64,000 nt of DNA from an uncultured Kiritimatiellota bacterium (GTDB lineage: Bacteria; Verrucomicrobiota; Kiritimatiellia; RFP12; DVOR01), in the NCBI GenBank assembly GCA_944391065.1, contig CALXSH010000005.1, positions 1,876 to 65,875 of the forward strand, written 5' to 3'. The translations under genes were made by a program, and so were the position numbers. Numbering within the stretch: position 1 is the stretch's first letter; each line of letters opens with the position of its first letter. Shown here one piece after another: positions 1-9,497 of this stretch. The notes below the pieces were generated by a model that did not search any database, was not told where the DNA came from, and saw only the letters and a program-made list of their open reading frames with translations.

Positions 1-3000
1 CCCATCGGCGTCCGGATCGAGGAAGGTCTCGCCCTCCCGCAGCGGGTCAAACCCGTAGCGCAGCTCCCAGGGATCGGGCAAGCGGTCGCCGTCGGTATCG
101 GCCAGCAGGGGAGACGTGCCATGCAGAAAGACCTCCTCGCCGTCACTGAGCGTGTCCCCGTCCGTGTCAGCGGCGTCGGGATCCGTGCCGTGGGTCTCCA
201 TCTCCAAGACATCGCAAAGGCCATCGCCGTCGGGATCGGCATAAGCCCCGGAGACGGTCAGGGTCTGGAGGCCCGAGGCCACGTTGCCGAAGGGATCGGC
301 GGCCCTCCACGCGCGCACCACCGTGCGGAGACGCTCGGAATCGGCCGGATCGGCCAGGGCGGCGAACGCCTCGCGGGACAACTGAGCCAGCCGCCAGCAT
401 TCCTCCGCGGAAAGCGCCCTCTCCCAAACGGCCACATCCCGGATGGCTCCGACGAACCGCCGGCCGGCGACCGTCGGATTGTAGCCGATTGCCCAGTCAG
501 CATCATAGGCGACGGGATCGACAGCCACGGTCTTGCGAGCCAAAAGGCTCCCGTTCCGGTAAAGGCAGATCTCCCGGCCCCGCACGGTACCGGTCAGCGT
601 CACCCAATTTCCGTAATCCGCATCCGGGACCGTTACCGACACCATGCGGTTGCCGGCATTGTTGAAGCCGAACTGATACTTGCCCTTTTCGATACGGAAA
701 ATCACCTCTTTGCCCGACACGTGGCCTTTGGAGACGATGGTATGGTCACCGCCGGAAGTTTTCATCGCAATGTCCGGACAAATGACCGCAGACACGGTGT
801 AAGGTTGCGTCTCATCCAAGAAATCCGTGTCCCCCAAAAGGAGGCCACCCTCGTTGGCACTCAACTCGAGCGTGTCAGTTTTCTGGCGAACCAACCCTTG
901 CGACAATGTCGAAACGGTCTCAAACGCCTCAATCACGACGTCATCCGTTTCCGCAAGCGCCGTCACCACCGCCACTTCCCGAGCGGAGAGGGTGCGTTGC
1001 CATCCCATTGTTTGCCCAATCTCCCCCAAAAACTGCCGATTAGGGAAGGCCGGATTATACCCCACCGCCCAATCTCCCTCATAATCGACAGGCCTCTGCG
1101 CAGGCGTTGTCTGCGCGATCACTGTGCCATTCCGATAAAGGTGGAGAAGCCGGCCATCATAGACGCCGACCAGCGTCACCCATGCGCCGAAATCCTCATC
1201 GGGAATCGCCATCGAAGCCACTTGATTGGAGCCAAAGTTAAATCCGAATTGGTATTTCCCCTTCTCTACACGGAAAATGATTTCCTTGCCGCCGACATAC
1301 TCCTTCGCAATGATTGTATGGTCGCCACCGGAGGTTTTCATCACGGCCGAGGGCTTAATTCTGGCCAACAGCGTATAGGGGCGCGTGGCGTTCAGAACCC
1401 CTTTGGAACCAAGGAGAAGACCTATCTTTTCCGAGGACGACAACGCCACTGGCTCGGTAGTCTGCCATCGCAAAGAAAGCCCAAGCGAGGAATCGTCCAC
1501 GTCGTGCCAAGAGACGGCGGGCTCCATGCCGGAGTTATCCGTGGCGGCGGCCATACCCGTGACTTCCGGCGCAATGCCCTGGCGCTGGGTAACGGCGACA
1601 TTCGCGGGAAGCGTCAAAACCGGGGGCACCGTGTCAGAGAGGTCGAGCGTCTGGTCGGAAACGGTCTCCAAACCCGAGGCGTCCTCGGCCACCCACTGGC
1701 GGTAAAGCCGATACCGCAACGTGCCATCCTCTTGGGTGACAAAGGACGGGCCTTCATCGACAGGCGTGACGACGACCTCGGCGGAGGCGGCGTCCGTGGC
1801 GGTGGCCGTGCCGTGCGTCGCCACCGAAAGGTCATCCTGTGGCGCAGGCAAGGTCTTGTCGTCGGGGACGTCCAGCTCCGGCGGCGTCGTGTCGGCCAAA
1901 ACGACAAATTGGTCGCCGTGCAACCAAATACCGCGCACAGAGGCTTCGGAAACGCCTTGCGCGCGGCTTTGCGCCAAAAGCGCCACGGCCTCGGGCGACA
2001 CAGGCCCTTTATAGAAGGAAACCTCCGCGATGTCGCCGTAAAAGAAACGCTGCGCGGACGTGGCATGACGCCCAATCGCCCAATCGCCGTTGAACGAGAC
2101 CGGTTTGAGATTGGACGTTTTCCGTGCGACCTCCTGCCCATTGATATACAGGATATAGGCCGAGCCGTCGAAGACGCCCATCACATGCGTCCATGTCCCC
2201 AACGCGGGCGTGTACGGCGCTTGCGCCGCCGCCTCGCCCCAGTCACACCACCACCCGAACTGCAGGTTGCCGTTTCGGAAACGCAGGTACAGTTCACGCT
2301 TGGGGGAGGAAATGAAGCCGCGGGCGACGATGTTGCGGACACCGTCCTTCTTTTCGGGACGGATCCAGGCGGAGACGGCACAGGGGGCCTCGTCGCCGAA
2401 ATCCAGCGCGGCGGGCTGCCCAAGCACCACGCGGGCATCGCTGCCGCGGAACCGGAGGGCGCCCTCGTCGGTACGTGACGTGCCATAAGCCACGGCGGCC
2501 ACCCCAAAAGTTTTGGACGCAAAAGGATAAAAGGCGGAGGCCCGGAGCGTCACATGGTCCGTCGGCATCAAGACGGTTGCCTCCCCCTCCATGGGACATG
2601 CCCGCGAAGGTGACGTGGCTTCAACCCAAACGACATCCGGCCCCGAGGCCGCGTCCCCCTCCCCGTCACCCAAGCCCGATCCATCCGCGTCGGCCTCTTC
2701 CGTCTCCGGCAGATCCTCCGTCTCCCAGGCCAAGGCAAGCGCCGTCAGAACGGCCTCCTGCTGCGGGAGCAACACGAACATCGAGGCCGTCGCCCACGCC
2801 TCCTCCGAAAAATCGAGCGTCACGGCCTCCTGAAACGGGAGCTGGCACGATGCGCACAGGGTCAAGGTCTCGTCCTCCCCTTCGCCGGAAACGGCATAAC
2901 CGTTCAGCAGCAGGGGCTGCGCGCTCGTCCCCTCCACGGTGAACGCCAAGCGACAAGGGGCCGTAGCCCTGTCCACGACAATCGTCAACCCAGAATCAAA

Positions 3001-3180
3001 CGGCAACGGCAGTCCGGCTTCCGTCACGACCCCATCCGTCGTCACCTCCGCCATCCATGCCGGCACCACCATCGGCTGAGCCATGGAAGTCAAATCCAAC
3101 GACAACGACTCCTCGAGCGCCGACACCGTCATTGCGGAACACAAGGACAAAAGGCACACCGCGTACTTGATAGATCGCAT
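1..3180 (-). CDS. Large secreted/surface protein with 3 LamG-like domains, 2 HYR/Ig-like repeats and DxDGDG (TSP3-like) Ca-binding repeats; runs off the window start (3' partial)
   Basis: Manual translation from ATG at 3180 (MRSIKYAVCLLSLCSAMTVSA signal peptide; RBS GGAGAGG) stays open to base 1. LamG motifs AVSAWIRPE, WTHVMGVFDGS, LYINGQEV; HYR-like DTTPPELDVP..TATATD; DPDGDGL..E..GTDP..ADTDGD repeats. Absent from the ORF track because there is no stop inside the window. Confidence 0.9.
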   Translation of the reverse strand, partial: MRSIKYAVCLLSLCSAMTVSALEESLSLDLTSMAQPMVVPAWMAEVTTDGVVTEAGLPLPFDSGLTIVVDRATAPCRLAFTVEGTSAQPLLLNGYAVSGEGEDETLTLCASCQLPFQEAVTLDFSEEAWATASMFVLLPQQEAVLTALALAWETEDLPETEEADADGSGLGDGEGDAASGPDVVWVEATSPSRACPMEGEATVLMPTDHVTLRASAFYPFASKTFGVAAVAYGTSRTDEGALRFRGSDARVVLGQPAALDFGDEAPCAVSAWIRPEKKDGVRNIVARGFISSPKRELYLRFRNGNLQFGWWCDWGEAAAQAPYTPALGTWTHVMGVFDGSAYILYINGQEVARKTSNLKPVSFNGDWAIGRHATSAQRFFYGDIAEVSFYKGPVSPEAVALLAQSRAQGVSEASVRGIWLHGDQFVVLADTTPPELDVPDDKTLPAPQDDLSVATHGTATATDAASAEVVVTPVDEGPSFVTQEDGTLRYRLYRQWVAEDASGLETVSDQTLDLSDTVPPVLTLPANVAVTQRQGIAPEVTGMAAATDNSGMEPAVSWHDVDDSSLGLSLRWQTTEPVALSSSEKIGLLLGSKGVLNATRPYTLLARIKPSAVMKTSGGDHTIIAKEYVGGKEIIFRVEKGKYQFGFNFGSNQVASMAIPDEDFGAWVTLVGVYDGRLLHLYRNGTVIAQTTPAQRPVDYEGDWAVGYNPAFPNRQFLGEIGQTMGWQRTLSAREVAVVTALAETDDVVIEAFETVSTLSQGLVRQKTDTLELSANEGGLLLGDTDFLDETQPYTVSAVICPDIAMKTSGGDHTIVSKGHVSGKEVIFRIEKGKYQFGFNNAGNRMVSVTVPDADYGNWVTLTGTVRGREICLYRNGSLLARKTVAVDPVAYDADWAIGYNPTVAGRRFVGAIRDVAVWERALSAEECWRLAQLSREAFAALADPADSERLRTVVRAWRAADPFGNVASGLQTLTVSGAYADPDGDGLCDVLEMETHGTDPDAADTDGDTLSDGEEVFLHGTSPLLADTDGDRLPDPWELRYGFDPLREGETFLDPDADG

Positions 3181-3252
3181 AACCCTCTCCAAAAACAAAC
3201 CTGTCAATAGTATATACCCTATTCGCGGAAATGTCCAGCAAAGGCTATAGTC

Positions 3253-4152
3253 TTATTTCATAATCTTACTCTTTAGGTAGAGGCTTGCAGTGCCGTGGCC
3301 GGGAATGGTGAAGACGAAGGTCTTTGGGGTCTTCCAGGAGCCGAGGTGTTCTTTTGGGATGGAGAGCCGAAGCGGGATGCCTTGGGAGGTGGCGGGGCCG
3401 ACGGGGGTGAGGGTCATGCCGTCGCGCAAGGGGGAAACGGCGATGGTGGCAGGATCGATGGTTCTGACCTTGGGATCCATCGCGCCGGCGAGGGTGTCGG
3501 GTTTCAAGCAAACGACCAGTGAGAGATCCTTCTCAGTCTCGTTGACGAAGAGCGAACGCGGCACCGTCACCCATGGGGTTCCGACACGCTTGGTCACCTT
3601 GAGGCAGACAGGCTGTTCGGCTGTGACATCCGGCCACACGGCGACCTTCCACTGATGGTAGCCCACCGACAATGTTTTCGGCGGCGTGAAGGTGGCGACC
3701 ATCGGCTCCGCCCCCTCGCCGTCCAAAGGGATGACCTTGAAGGTCGCAGTCGTCTCGCCTTCCTTGAGGGCGATTTCCGTGCCTGGCTCAACCTTCCAAC
3801 GTGGACGAATGTCCCCCTTCACCGTGGCGGCGGCGGAGGGACCGCCCACCGTGCGCAAGAAGAAGGTCTTTTGGAACGGCCCGTCGAAGACGTTGCTGTC
3901 CAAGACAAAGGTCGCCTTCACCTTCTCTCCCGGCGCGATTGTCCGCTTCTCCAACACCAAGTCCGCGCAAGAGCACGTGCGAATGACATCGCGAATGACA
4001 ATGGGCTTCGAGGTGGGATTGGCCACCGTCACGACGGCGGAGGGGCGTTCGCCCTGCACCACTTTGCCAAAGTCCGTAACCTCCGGAGAGACCGTCAGTT
4101 GCGCCCAACCGACCATCGGCAACAGCACGCCTGCGCACATCCAGTTCTTCAT
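3253..4152 (-). CDS. DUF1573 (Ig-like) domain exported protein
   Basis: Signal peptide, then DFGKV..TVANPTSKPIVIRDVIRTCSC..IAPGE..V..D, typical of DUF1573. Confidence 0.8.
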   Translation of the reverse strand: MKNWMCAGVLLPMVGWAQLTVSPEVTDFGKVVQGERPSAVVTVANPTSKPIVIRDVIRTCSCADLVLEKRTIAPGEKVKATFVLDSNVFDGPFQKTFFLRTVGGPSAAATVKGDIRPRWKVEPGTEIALKEGETTATFKVIPLDGEGAEPMVATFTPPKTLSVGYHQWKVAVWPDVTAEQPVCLKVTKRVGTPWVTVPRSLFVNETEKDLSLVVCLKPDTLAGAMDPKVRTIDPATIAVSPLRDGMTLTPVGPATSQGIPLRLSIPKEHLGSWKTPKTFVFTIPGHGTASLYLKSKIMK

Positions 4153-5123
4153 CGTGACTCCTTGGTTGCCTGTTTCAACTGTTTCAATGCCGCTTCCACG
4201 GCGGGCAAAAGACGAGGATTCGCGCCGGGAACGACGCGTTTCTCCAAAAACTCAATATCCTCGGGACACCCAAAGCGTCCCAACGCGCCGATTGAGACGA
4301 CACGTTGCGTCAAGGGCAACGACTCGTCCGTGGCCATACGTCGAATGACCGGGAGCAACTCGGCGTAACCCCGCTCGGCGGCAATTTGAATCGCCGTCAC
4401 CTTTGCCGCCTCGTGCGAGTCTTCGGCATACAGCAACGCCGCCACGCGTTCATTCACAAAATGCCGCATGTCATCATCCTCGTGCGGCGTATGCAATAAA
4501 GCGATCAGGGCCGTTCCCGCATAGGAAGCACCCGGGACACGTGTGGCACGTTGCAGACACGCATAGATGCGCGAGCGCTCCTCCTCGTCGGCGCTTGCCT
4601 CCTGCACGGCGCCGAGGTGCTGAATGCAATAGTCCAACATCGCCACCCCATAGGCTTGCGAATCAAACATGGCGATCAACGTCTCCGAAAGTTGCGGCGA
4701 CACCCGCTTTTGCGTACGAAGTACATTTATGATGTCATTCTTCAGCGCATCCACCCGCTCCTCGCGCAACACGTCCTCCGTGGAACGCAGATACGCCAAA
4801 AGCGCCTCCACCGCCTCATCCGGCAAATCCCTCCCCAACTTCCACACCGCCTCCGAGCGCGCCACATACCGCCGCGCGGTCACCTCATCCGCCCCAATCG
4901 CCACCTTCACCAAGTGCGACGCCTCCACCGCCGGCTCTTCAACGCGCGTTGAGACCACTGGCGCCTCTTTCGGTCGCAACGTAAGTTGGGTTTCTCGCTG
5001 CGCGTTCACCTCACTCGGGCGTGGCAAGGTTTGCCGGGCCACAACCTCGTCGCGCGGCCACAACCACCACAGACACGCCCCCGACAGCAACGCGCTTAAT
5101 AGAATGATAAGCCGTAACTTCAT
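4149..5123 (-). CDS. Membrane-anchored HEAT/ARM-repeat protein
   Basis: N-terminal TM helix (MKLRLIILLSALLSGACLWWLW), then alpha-helical HEAT-like repeats (RVVSIGALGRFG). ATG at 5123 chosen over TTG at 5171. Overlaps the next gene by 4 nt. Confidence 0.7.
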   Translation of the reverse strand: MKLRLIILLSALLSGACLWWLWPRDEVVARQTLPRPSEVNAQRETQLTLRPKEAPVVSTRVEEPAVEASHLVKVAIGADEVTARRYVARSEAVWKLGRDLPDEAVEALLAYLRSTEDVLREERVDALKNDIINVLRTQKRVSPQLSETLIAMFDSQAYGVAMLDYCIQHLGAVQEASADEEERSRIYACLQRATRVPGASYAGTALIALLHTPHEDDDMRHFVNERVAALLYAEDSHEAAKVTAIQIAAERGYAELLPVIRRMATDESLPLTQRVVSIGALGRFGCPEDIEFLEKRVVPGANPRLLPAVEAALKQLKQATKESR

Positions 5124-5499
5124 ATTTGAAGGATACCACCTCTCTTGCAAGAGTTCAACAGCAATCTTCAACTACCCCAAACCCACCGACTTTTCCAAGT
5201 TAAGCCCTCGCGCGCTCAAACAGACCCATCGTCTCATCGTCCACTACCCACACTCCCCCAAAAAGGTCTCCTAACCCATGCGTATGTTCCAAGTCTTCCC
5301 AAACGCTCTGCGCAAATCTATTGACATTCTACAGATACGGCTCCGCCGGTTGCCGCCAATGGCATACGGATGTCTCCCTATCCGAGGACGGCATCGGTGA
5401 TGAATGAGCCGCGGCCCTCTGATGCCGCAATCGGCGGCAGAGGGATGCTTTCTGCCCCGGACCGAGCCGGGAGGTGCCATGGCTGGGCCAGATGGCCCA

Positions 5500-8400
5500 T
5501 TAGGGCTGACGCAGCGGATAACCGGTGATGTTGACCCAGAAGCCCTCGGCTGTGGCGGCCGGGACGCGGATGCGGACATACCGCGCCTCGCCGCGCAGCG
5601 TCTCGCGTGTCGTCCGCCCCATCTGGTCGGAGGATGCGGAGAGGCGGTCGCAGGCCGTCGTCCAAGTCTCGCCGTCGGCGGAGATATCGATGGCGTAACG
5701 GTGAGGGCCCTCGCCGCTCCAGGCCAGCTCGGCGTCGCGGATGAGATGGAGCGTGCCCGCGTCAAAGGACCAGGCCGGCGCCGCGTCGGACGGATCGGGT
5801 TTCCAATAGAGGGCCGGGTTGCCGTCGTTGCCATTCTCGGGGATGACTCCGGGCGCGCAGGAGGTCGCCGTCACGGGGGCGTTGTAGTCGAGACGGACGA
5901 GCTCCATCGCGGTGCCCTGGGCACTGACCTCACGCAGGCAGGGCCAGCGGCCGGGCGTGTTGCTGCGGAGCCAGACGCGAAGATAGCGGCCGGGCTGATT
6001 GAGCTTCACCGTCATCTCGTGGCCGTCAACGCGCTTCACGGCATCGGCGGGAAGCGCGTTATTGCCGAAGGTCGGATCGTGCGAGACCGCCACGCAGACC
6101 CGCCAGTCGGCAGGCGCCTCAAAGCGGACATTGACGGAGGTCACGTTGAATACCGTCCCCAGGTCGGCCTGCCACCAATGCCTGTTCAGCGGGTCGGCGG
6201 CATACGGACGGGTCGCGCACCACTTCGTGCCGACGGCGCCGTCATTGGCGTAGGAGGGTTCCTCGCGTCCGTAGGCGCCGATATTGACGGAGCTCGCCGA
6301 AGCGGTCTTGCCGAGCAGAATATTGGCCGCGGCCGCGGGCGGCTTGGGATGGACGAATCCGTGTTCGTCCGCGTCGCCGCCGGGCGGCACGGGCGGGAGG
6401 CCGGCGACGGTCTGGGTCGGCAGTGTCAGGGTGACGGGCGTCAGGCCCTCGGAGGCAGCCTTGAGCACGATCGGCCCTTCGCCGCGGCGGCTGCGGACCC
6501 AGACGGCCCACTGACCGCCGCGCAGCGGAACGGTCTTCGGGCCGATGACAAGGCCGGGGCCTTCGACGGAGAAGGTCACGGGCGCGGAAGACGCAGTCAC
6601 GACCGTCCCCGCCGCATCGCAGGCTTCGACCCAGACGAGCTTGGCGGAACTGCCGTCGAGGCGGAGCGGACGGTCATCCTCGGCCGTCAGCGCCAGCGCC
6701 TCGGCCTTGCCGGGCGCGCGGCGGACGGCCTCGGCCGCGGGCTCTTCCTGTCCGTCGCGGAAAGCGACGGCGCGCAGCGTCCCCTGCCCCGGCGTGTAGG
6801 CGCTCAGGTCAAAGGTAAAGGGCGGATGGGCGAGGTGCTCAGTCGAGACCAGGGCGCCCTGGTTGGGCTTCGGATGGTCGGTGGGATTGTCCGTCCTGCC
6901 GTGCGGTGCCCACATCGTGGCATCGGGAGTGTCGCGGCGTTCGATGAGCTTGTCGTCGAGCCAGAGTTCGACGGTGTCGCAGTTGGTATAGACGCGGACC
7001 GTCCTCGGGGAATCGGCCCCCCAGGTATTGGCGATATAGACCATCGGCCCGCTCTTAAGGCCGTACTTGGAGAGGTCGGTGTCGGGATCGGTCTGGCTGC
7101 GGAAGAAGGCCGCGCCGAACTTCGGCAGACGCGCCACGTCGACGACGCCGCAGAAGGTCAGCTTCTGTCTGTCGAAGCCCGCGTAGTCCGCATAGTCCCA
7201 ATAGGCCGTGGCCCCGTACCAAGGCAGGCTTCGGTTGAAGGCGAAGGAGGACTGGATGTTGTCGCACTGGACCAGCATACCCGCGTCGCCGCCGGCCGTG
7301 CCCGCGTAGGGCGAGGCCTCACGCGTGACACGCGTGGTGGAATTGAAACCGCCAAAGTTCCAGTCGCCGTACTCACTCACGATGACGGGACGCTTCGCGT
7401 GCTTCGCGGCGTCGCCCACGACGTTGGCCTGGGGCGTGCCGACGCCGAGGTCAAAGACATCCCAAAAGATCCAGCCGCCCGTGTAGGCGCGCGCGACGCC
7501 GTCGGCAGGGAGTTCCTCGTGGACCGTGCGGTGCATCCGTTCTGCCCAGGGACGGGTAAAGCCGCTCTCGTTCAGGCTCGGCTCCCACGCCACGATACAG
7601 GGATTATTGCGGTTGACGCGGATCTGGTCGCGCAGCTGCTCGACGCAGTTGTCGCGGAAGGCGGGCGTGTCGCTGTAGAACTGCCACCCCGCCAGACAAT
7701 CGATCACCGCCACGCCGTAACGGTCGCAGGCCGCGTAGAAGGCCCGGTCGTGCGGATAGTGGCTCATGCGGATGAAGTTGAATCCATGCTCGCGCAGACG
7801 GCGGATCTCCGCGTCGATGGCGTCGTTGTCCAGCGCGTTGCCGCGCATGTAGGATTCGGAATGGAGATTGGCCCCGACCAGTTCGACGCGCTTGTCATTG
7901 ATGTAGCAGCCGTCGCGCTTCCACTCGACCTTGCGGATGCCGTAGACCGTGTCCACGCTGTCAGTCACCTGGCCGTCACGGAGGACCGTCGTCCGGACCG
8001 TGTAGAGCTCGGGCGTGTCGGGCGACCAGAGACGGGGCTTCTCCACCGTCAGACGGGGCGTGAAGGTCGTCTGCGTGCCGGGCTCCAACGTCCGCGACTC
8101 CTCCGCCGAGGCCACGACGGTGTCACCGTCGAGCAGCTCGGCCCGCAGCGTCACCGACGCAGGCTTCGCGTCGTCGTTGCACACCTCCGTCGCGGCACGG
8201 ACCACGGCATGGTCGGCCGACACCACGGGCGCGGTCAGCCGGACGCCGCCGCCCGCGACGGTCTCGGAGAGGATCGGATCGGTAATGTGGACGGGGTCGG
8301 TCGCCGTCAGCCGTACGTCGCGGTAGAGACCGCCGAAATACTGGAAGTCCGGATTGGATTTGCCGGGCGCGAAGGTCGCCCCCGGCCGCGTGTCGAGGCG

Positions 8401-8832
8401 GACGGCCAGAACGTTCGCCCCGTCAAAGCGGACCTTGCCCGTGACGTCGAAGGCAAACTCCGTGTAGCCACCGCGGTGGACGCCGAGCGCCTCGCCGTTG
8501 AGCCATACCTTCGCCTCCTGCATCGCCCCCTCAAAGGTCAGCGTCAGACGCTTGCCCTTCAGCGCCGGATCGGCCGTGAAGGTCCTGCGGTACCAGAAGA
8601 CGCCCAGGTCCTCATGAAAATAACACTCCGGCGTATAGGCGATTGTGCTGTGCGGCACATTGACGTAGAGCCACGCCGAATCGTCCGCGTCCGCCTTCTC
8701 CGCCCCCGGCCATTCACCCGGGCAGTAGCGCCAGTCATTGTTGAAATCTATCGCCGTCCGCGCGACCGTCGTCCCCAACGGCACCCCAAGCGCCGCCGCA
8801 GCCAAAAGCATTCCAAACAAACCGTACCTCAT
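5500..8832 (-). CDS. Secreted glycoside hydrolase family 2 with two C-terminal F5/8 type C (CBM32-like) modules
   Basis: GH2 motifs FEGAMQEAKVWLNG, GGYTEF, YFGGLYRDV, FNFIRMSHYP; acid/base LNE and nucleophile VSEYG; discoidin-like AxDG..T.W / WWQADLG. Start placed at the signal peptide MRYGLFG. Confidence 0.9.
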   Translation of the reverse strand: MRYGLFGMLLAAAALGVPLGTTVARTAIDFNNDWRYCPGEWPGAEKADADDSAWLYVNVPHSTIAYTPECYFHEDLGVFWYRRTFTADPALKGKRLTLTFEGAMQEAKVWLNGEALGVHRGGYTEFAFDVTGKVRFDGANVLAVRLDTRPGATFAPGKSNPDFQYFGGLYRDVRLTATDPVHITDPILSETVAGGGVRLTAPVVSADHAVVRAATEVCNDDAKPASVTLRAELLDGDTVVASAEESRTLEPGTQTTFTPRLTVEKPRLWSPDTPELYTVRTTVLRDGQVTDSVDTVYGIRKVEWKRDGCYINDKRVELVGANLHSESYMRGNALDNDAIDAEIRRLREHGFNFIRMSHYPHDRAFYAACDRYGVAVIDCLAGWQFYSDTPAFRDNCVEQLRDQIRVNRNNPCIVAWEPSLNESGFTRPWAERMHRTVHEELPADGVARAYTGGWIFWDVFDLGVGTPQANVVGDAAKHAKRPVIVSEYGDWNFGGFNSTTRVTREASPYAGTAGGDAGMLVQCDNIQSSFAFNRSLPWYGATAYWDYADYAGFDRQKLTFCGVVDVARLPKFGAAFFRSQTDPDTDLSKYGLKSGPMVYIANTWGADSPRTVRVYTNCDTVELWLDDKLIERRDTPDATMWAPHGRTDNPTDHPKPNQGALVSTEHLAHPPFTFDLSAYTPGQGTLRAVAFRDGQEEPAAEAVRRAPGKAEALALTAEDDRPLRLDGSSAKLVWVEACDAAGTVVTASSAPVTFSVEGPGLVIGPKTVPLRGGQWAVWVRSRRGEGPIVLKAASEGLTPVTLTLPTQTVAGLPPVPPGGDADEHGFVHPKPPAAAANILLGKTASASSVNIGAYGREEPSYANDGAVGTKWCATRPYAADPLNRHWWQADLGTVFNVTSVNVRFEAPADWRVCVAVSHDPTFGNNALPADAVKRVDGHEMTVKLNQPGRYLRVWLRSNTPGRWPCLREVSAQGTAMELVRLDYNAPVTATSCAPGVIPENGNDGNPALYWKPDPSDAAPAWSFDAGTLHLIRDAELAWSGEGPHRYAIDISADGETWTTACDRLSASSDQMGRTTRETLRGEARYVRIRVPAATAEGFWVNITGYPLRQP

Positions 8833-8959
8833 CCCGCGCCTCCTGTAAGCTGCGTCCTCACCCATCCTCGCGGCACCGTCGCCCCGAAGCAGGCACAGTC
8901 TACCAAACCCCGCCCCGCTGCCAAAGGCACCCCGAGAAAAGCCTGTCATGGCGCGGTTT

Positions 8960-9047
8960 TGAAACATCGCCCACGTTTAAAGCATTTGTCGCCCACTTTT
9001 GGAGCATTTGTCGCCCACTTTTGCCTCAATTGTCGCCCACTTTTTGA
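8960..9047. repeat. Array A: 4 imperfect tandem units, 22-bp period, core TCGCCCAC(TTT)
   Basis: TCGCCCAC starts at 8967, 8989, 9011 and 9033. Confidence 0.9.
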
Positions 9048-9093
9048 AACCGGCGTGGGCAAGGCGCGGACAGGGCGGGTGGAAGAGGTGCGC

Positions 9094-9486
9094 TCAGCTG
9101 AGGGCGAAGGGCTGGGGAAAGACGTCACGGAGCGACAGACGCGTCGCGGGGCCGGTGGGGGCGACGAGGAAGATGGGCATGTCCGGGGGGCAGAACTCGG
9201 CAAGGACCTGGCAGCAGGCGCCGCAGGGGGGAACGGGACGCGGGGCGGCGACGGCAAGGGCGGTAAAACGGCGGCAGCCGGCGGCGACGGCGGCGGTGAG
9301 GGCGTTGCGTTCGGCGCAGAGGGTGAGACCGTAGGAGGCGTTCTCGACGTTGCAGCCGGCGTGGACGGTGCCGTCCTCGCCCAAGAGCGCCGCGCCGACG
9401 GCGAACTTGGAGTACGGCGCGTAGGCCGCCTTGGCGGCCTCGCGCGCGGCGGCGGTCAGACGGGTTTCAGGGTCATCGGGTGTCAT
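9094..9486 (-). CDS. cdd: Cytidine deaminase
   Basis: AYAPYSKFAVGAAL, NVENASYGLTLCAER, PCGACCQ zinc motif. Confidence 0.95.
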   Translation of the reverse strand: MTPDDPETRLTAAAREAAKAAYAPYSKFAVGAALLGEDGTVHAGCNVENASYGLTLCAERNALTAAVAAGCRRFTALAVAAPRPVPPCGACCQVLAEFCPPDMPIFLVAPTGPATRLSLRDVFPQPFALS

Positions 9487-9497
9487 TGCGTGCCTCC

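Noticed and set aside
121-2478. 785-aa + strand ORF
   Set aside because: Antisense shadow of the LamG protein; it has no motifs, and the - strand frame carries the signal peptide, RBS and domains
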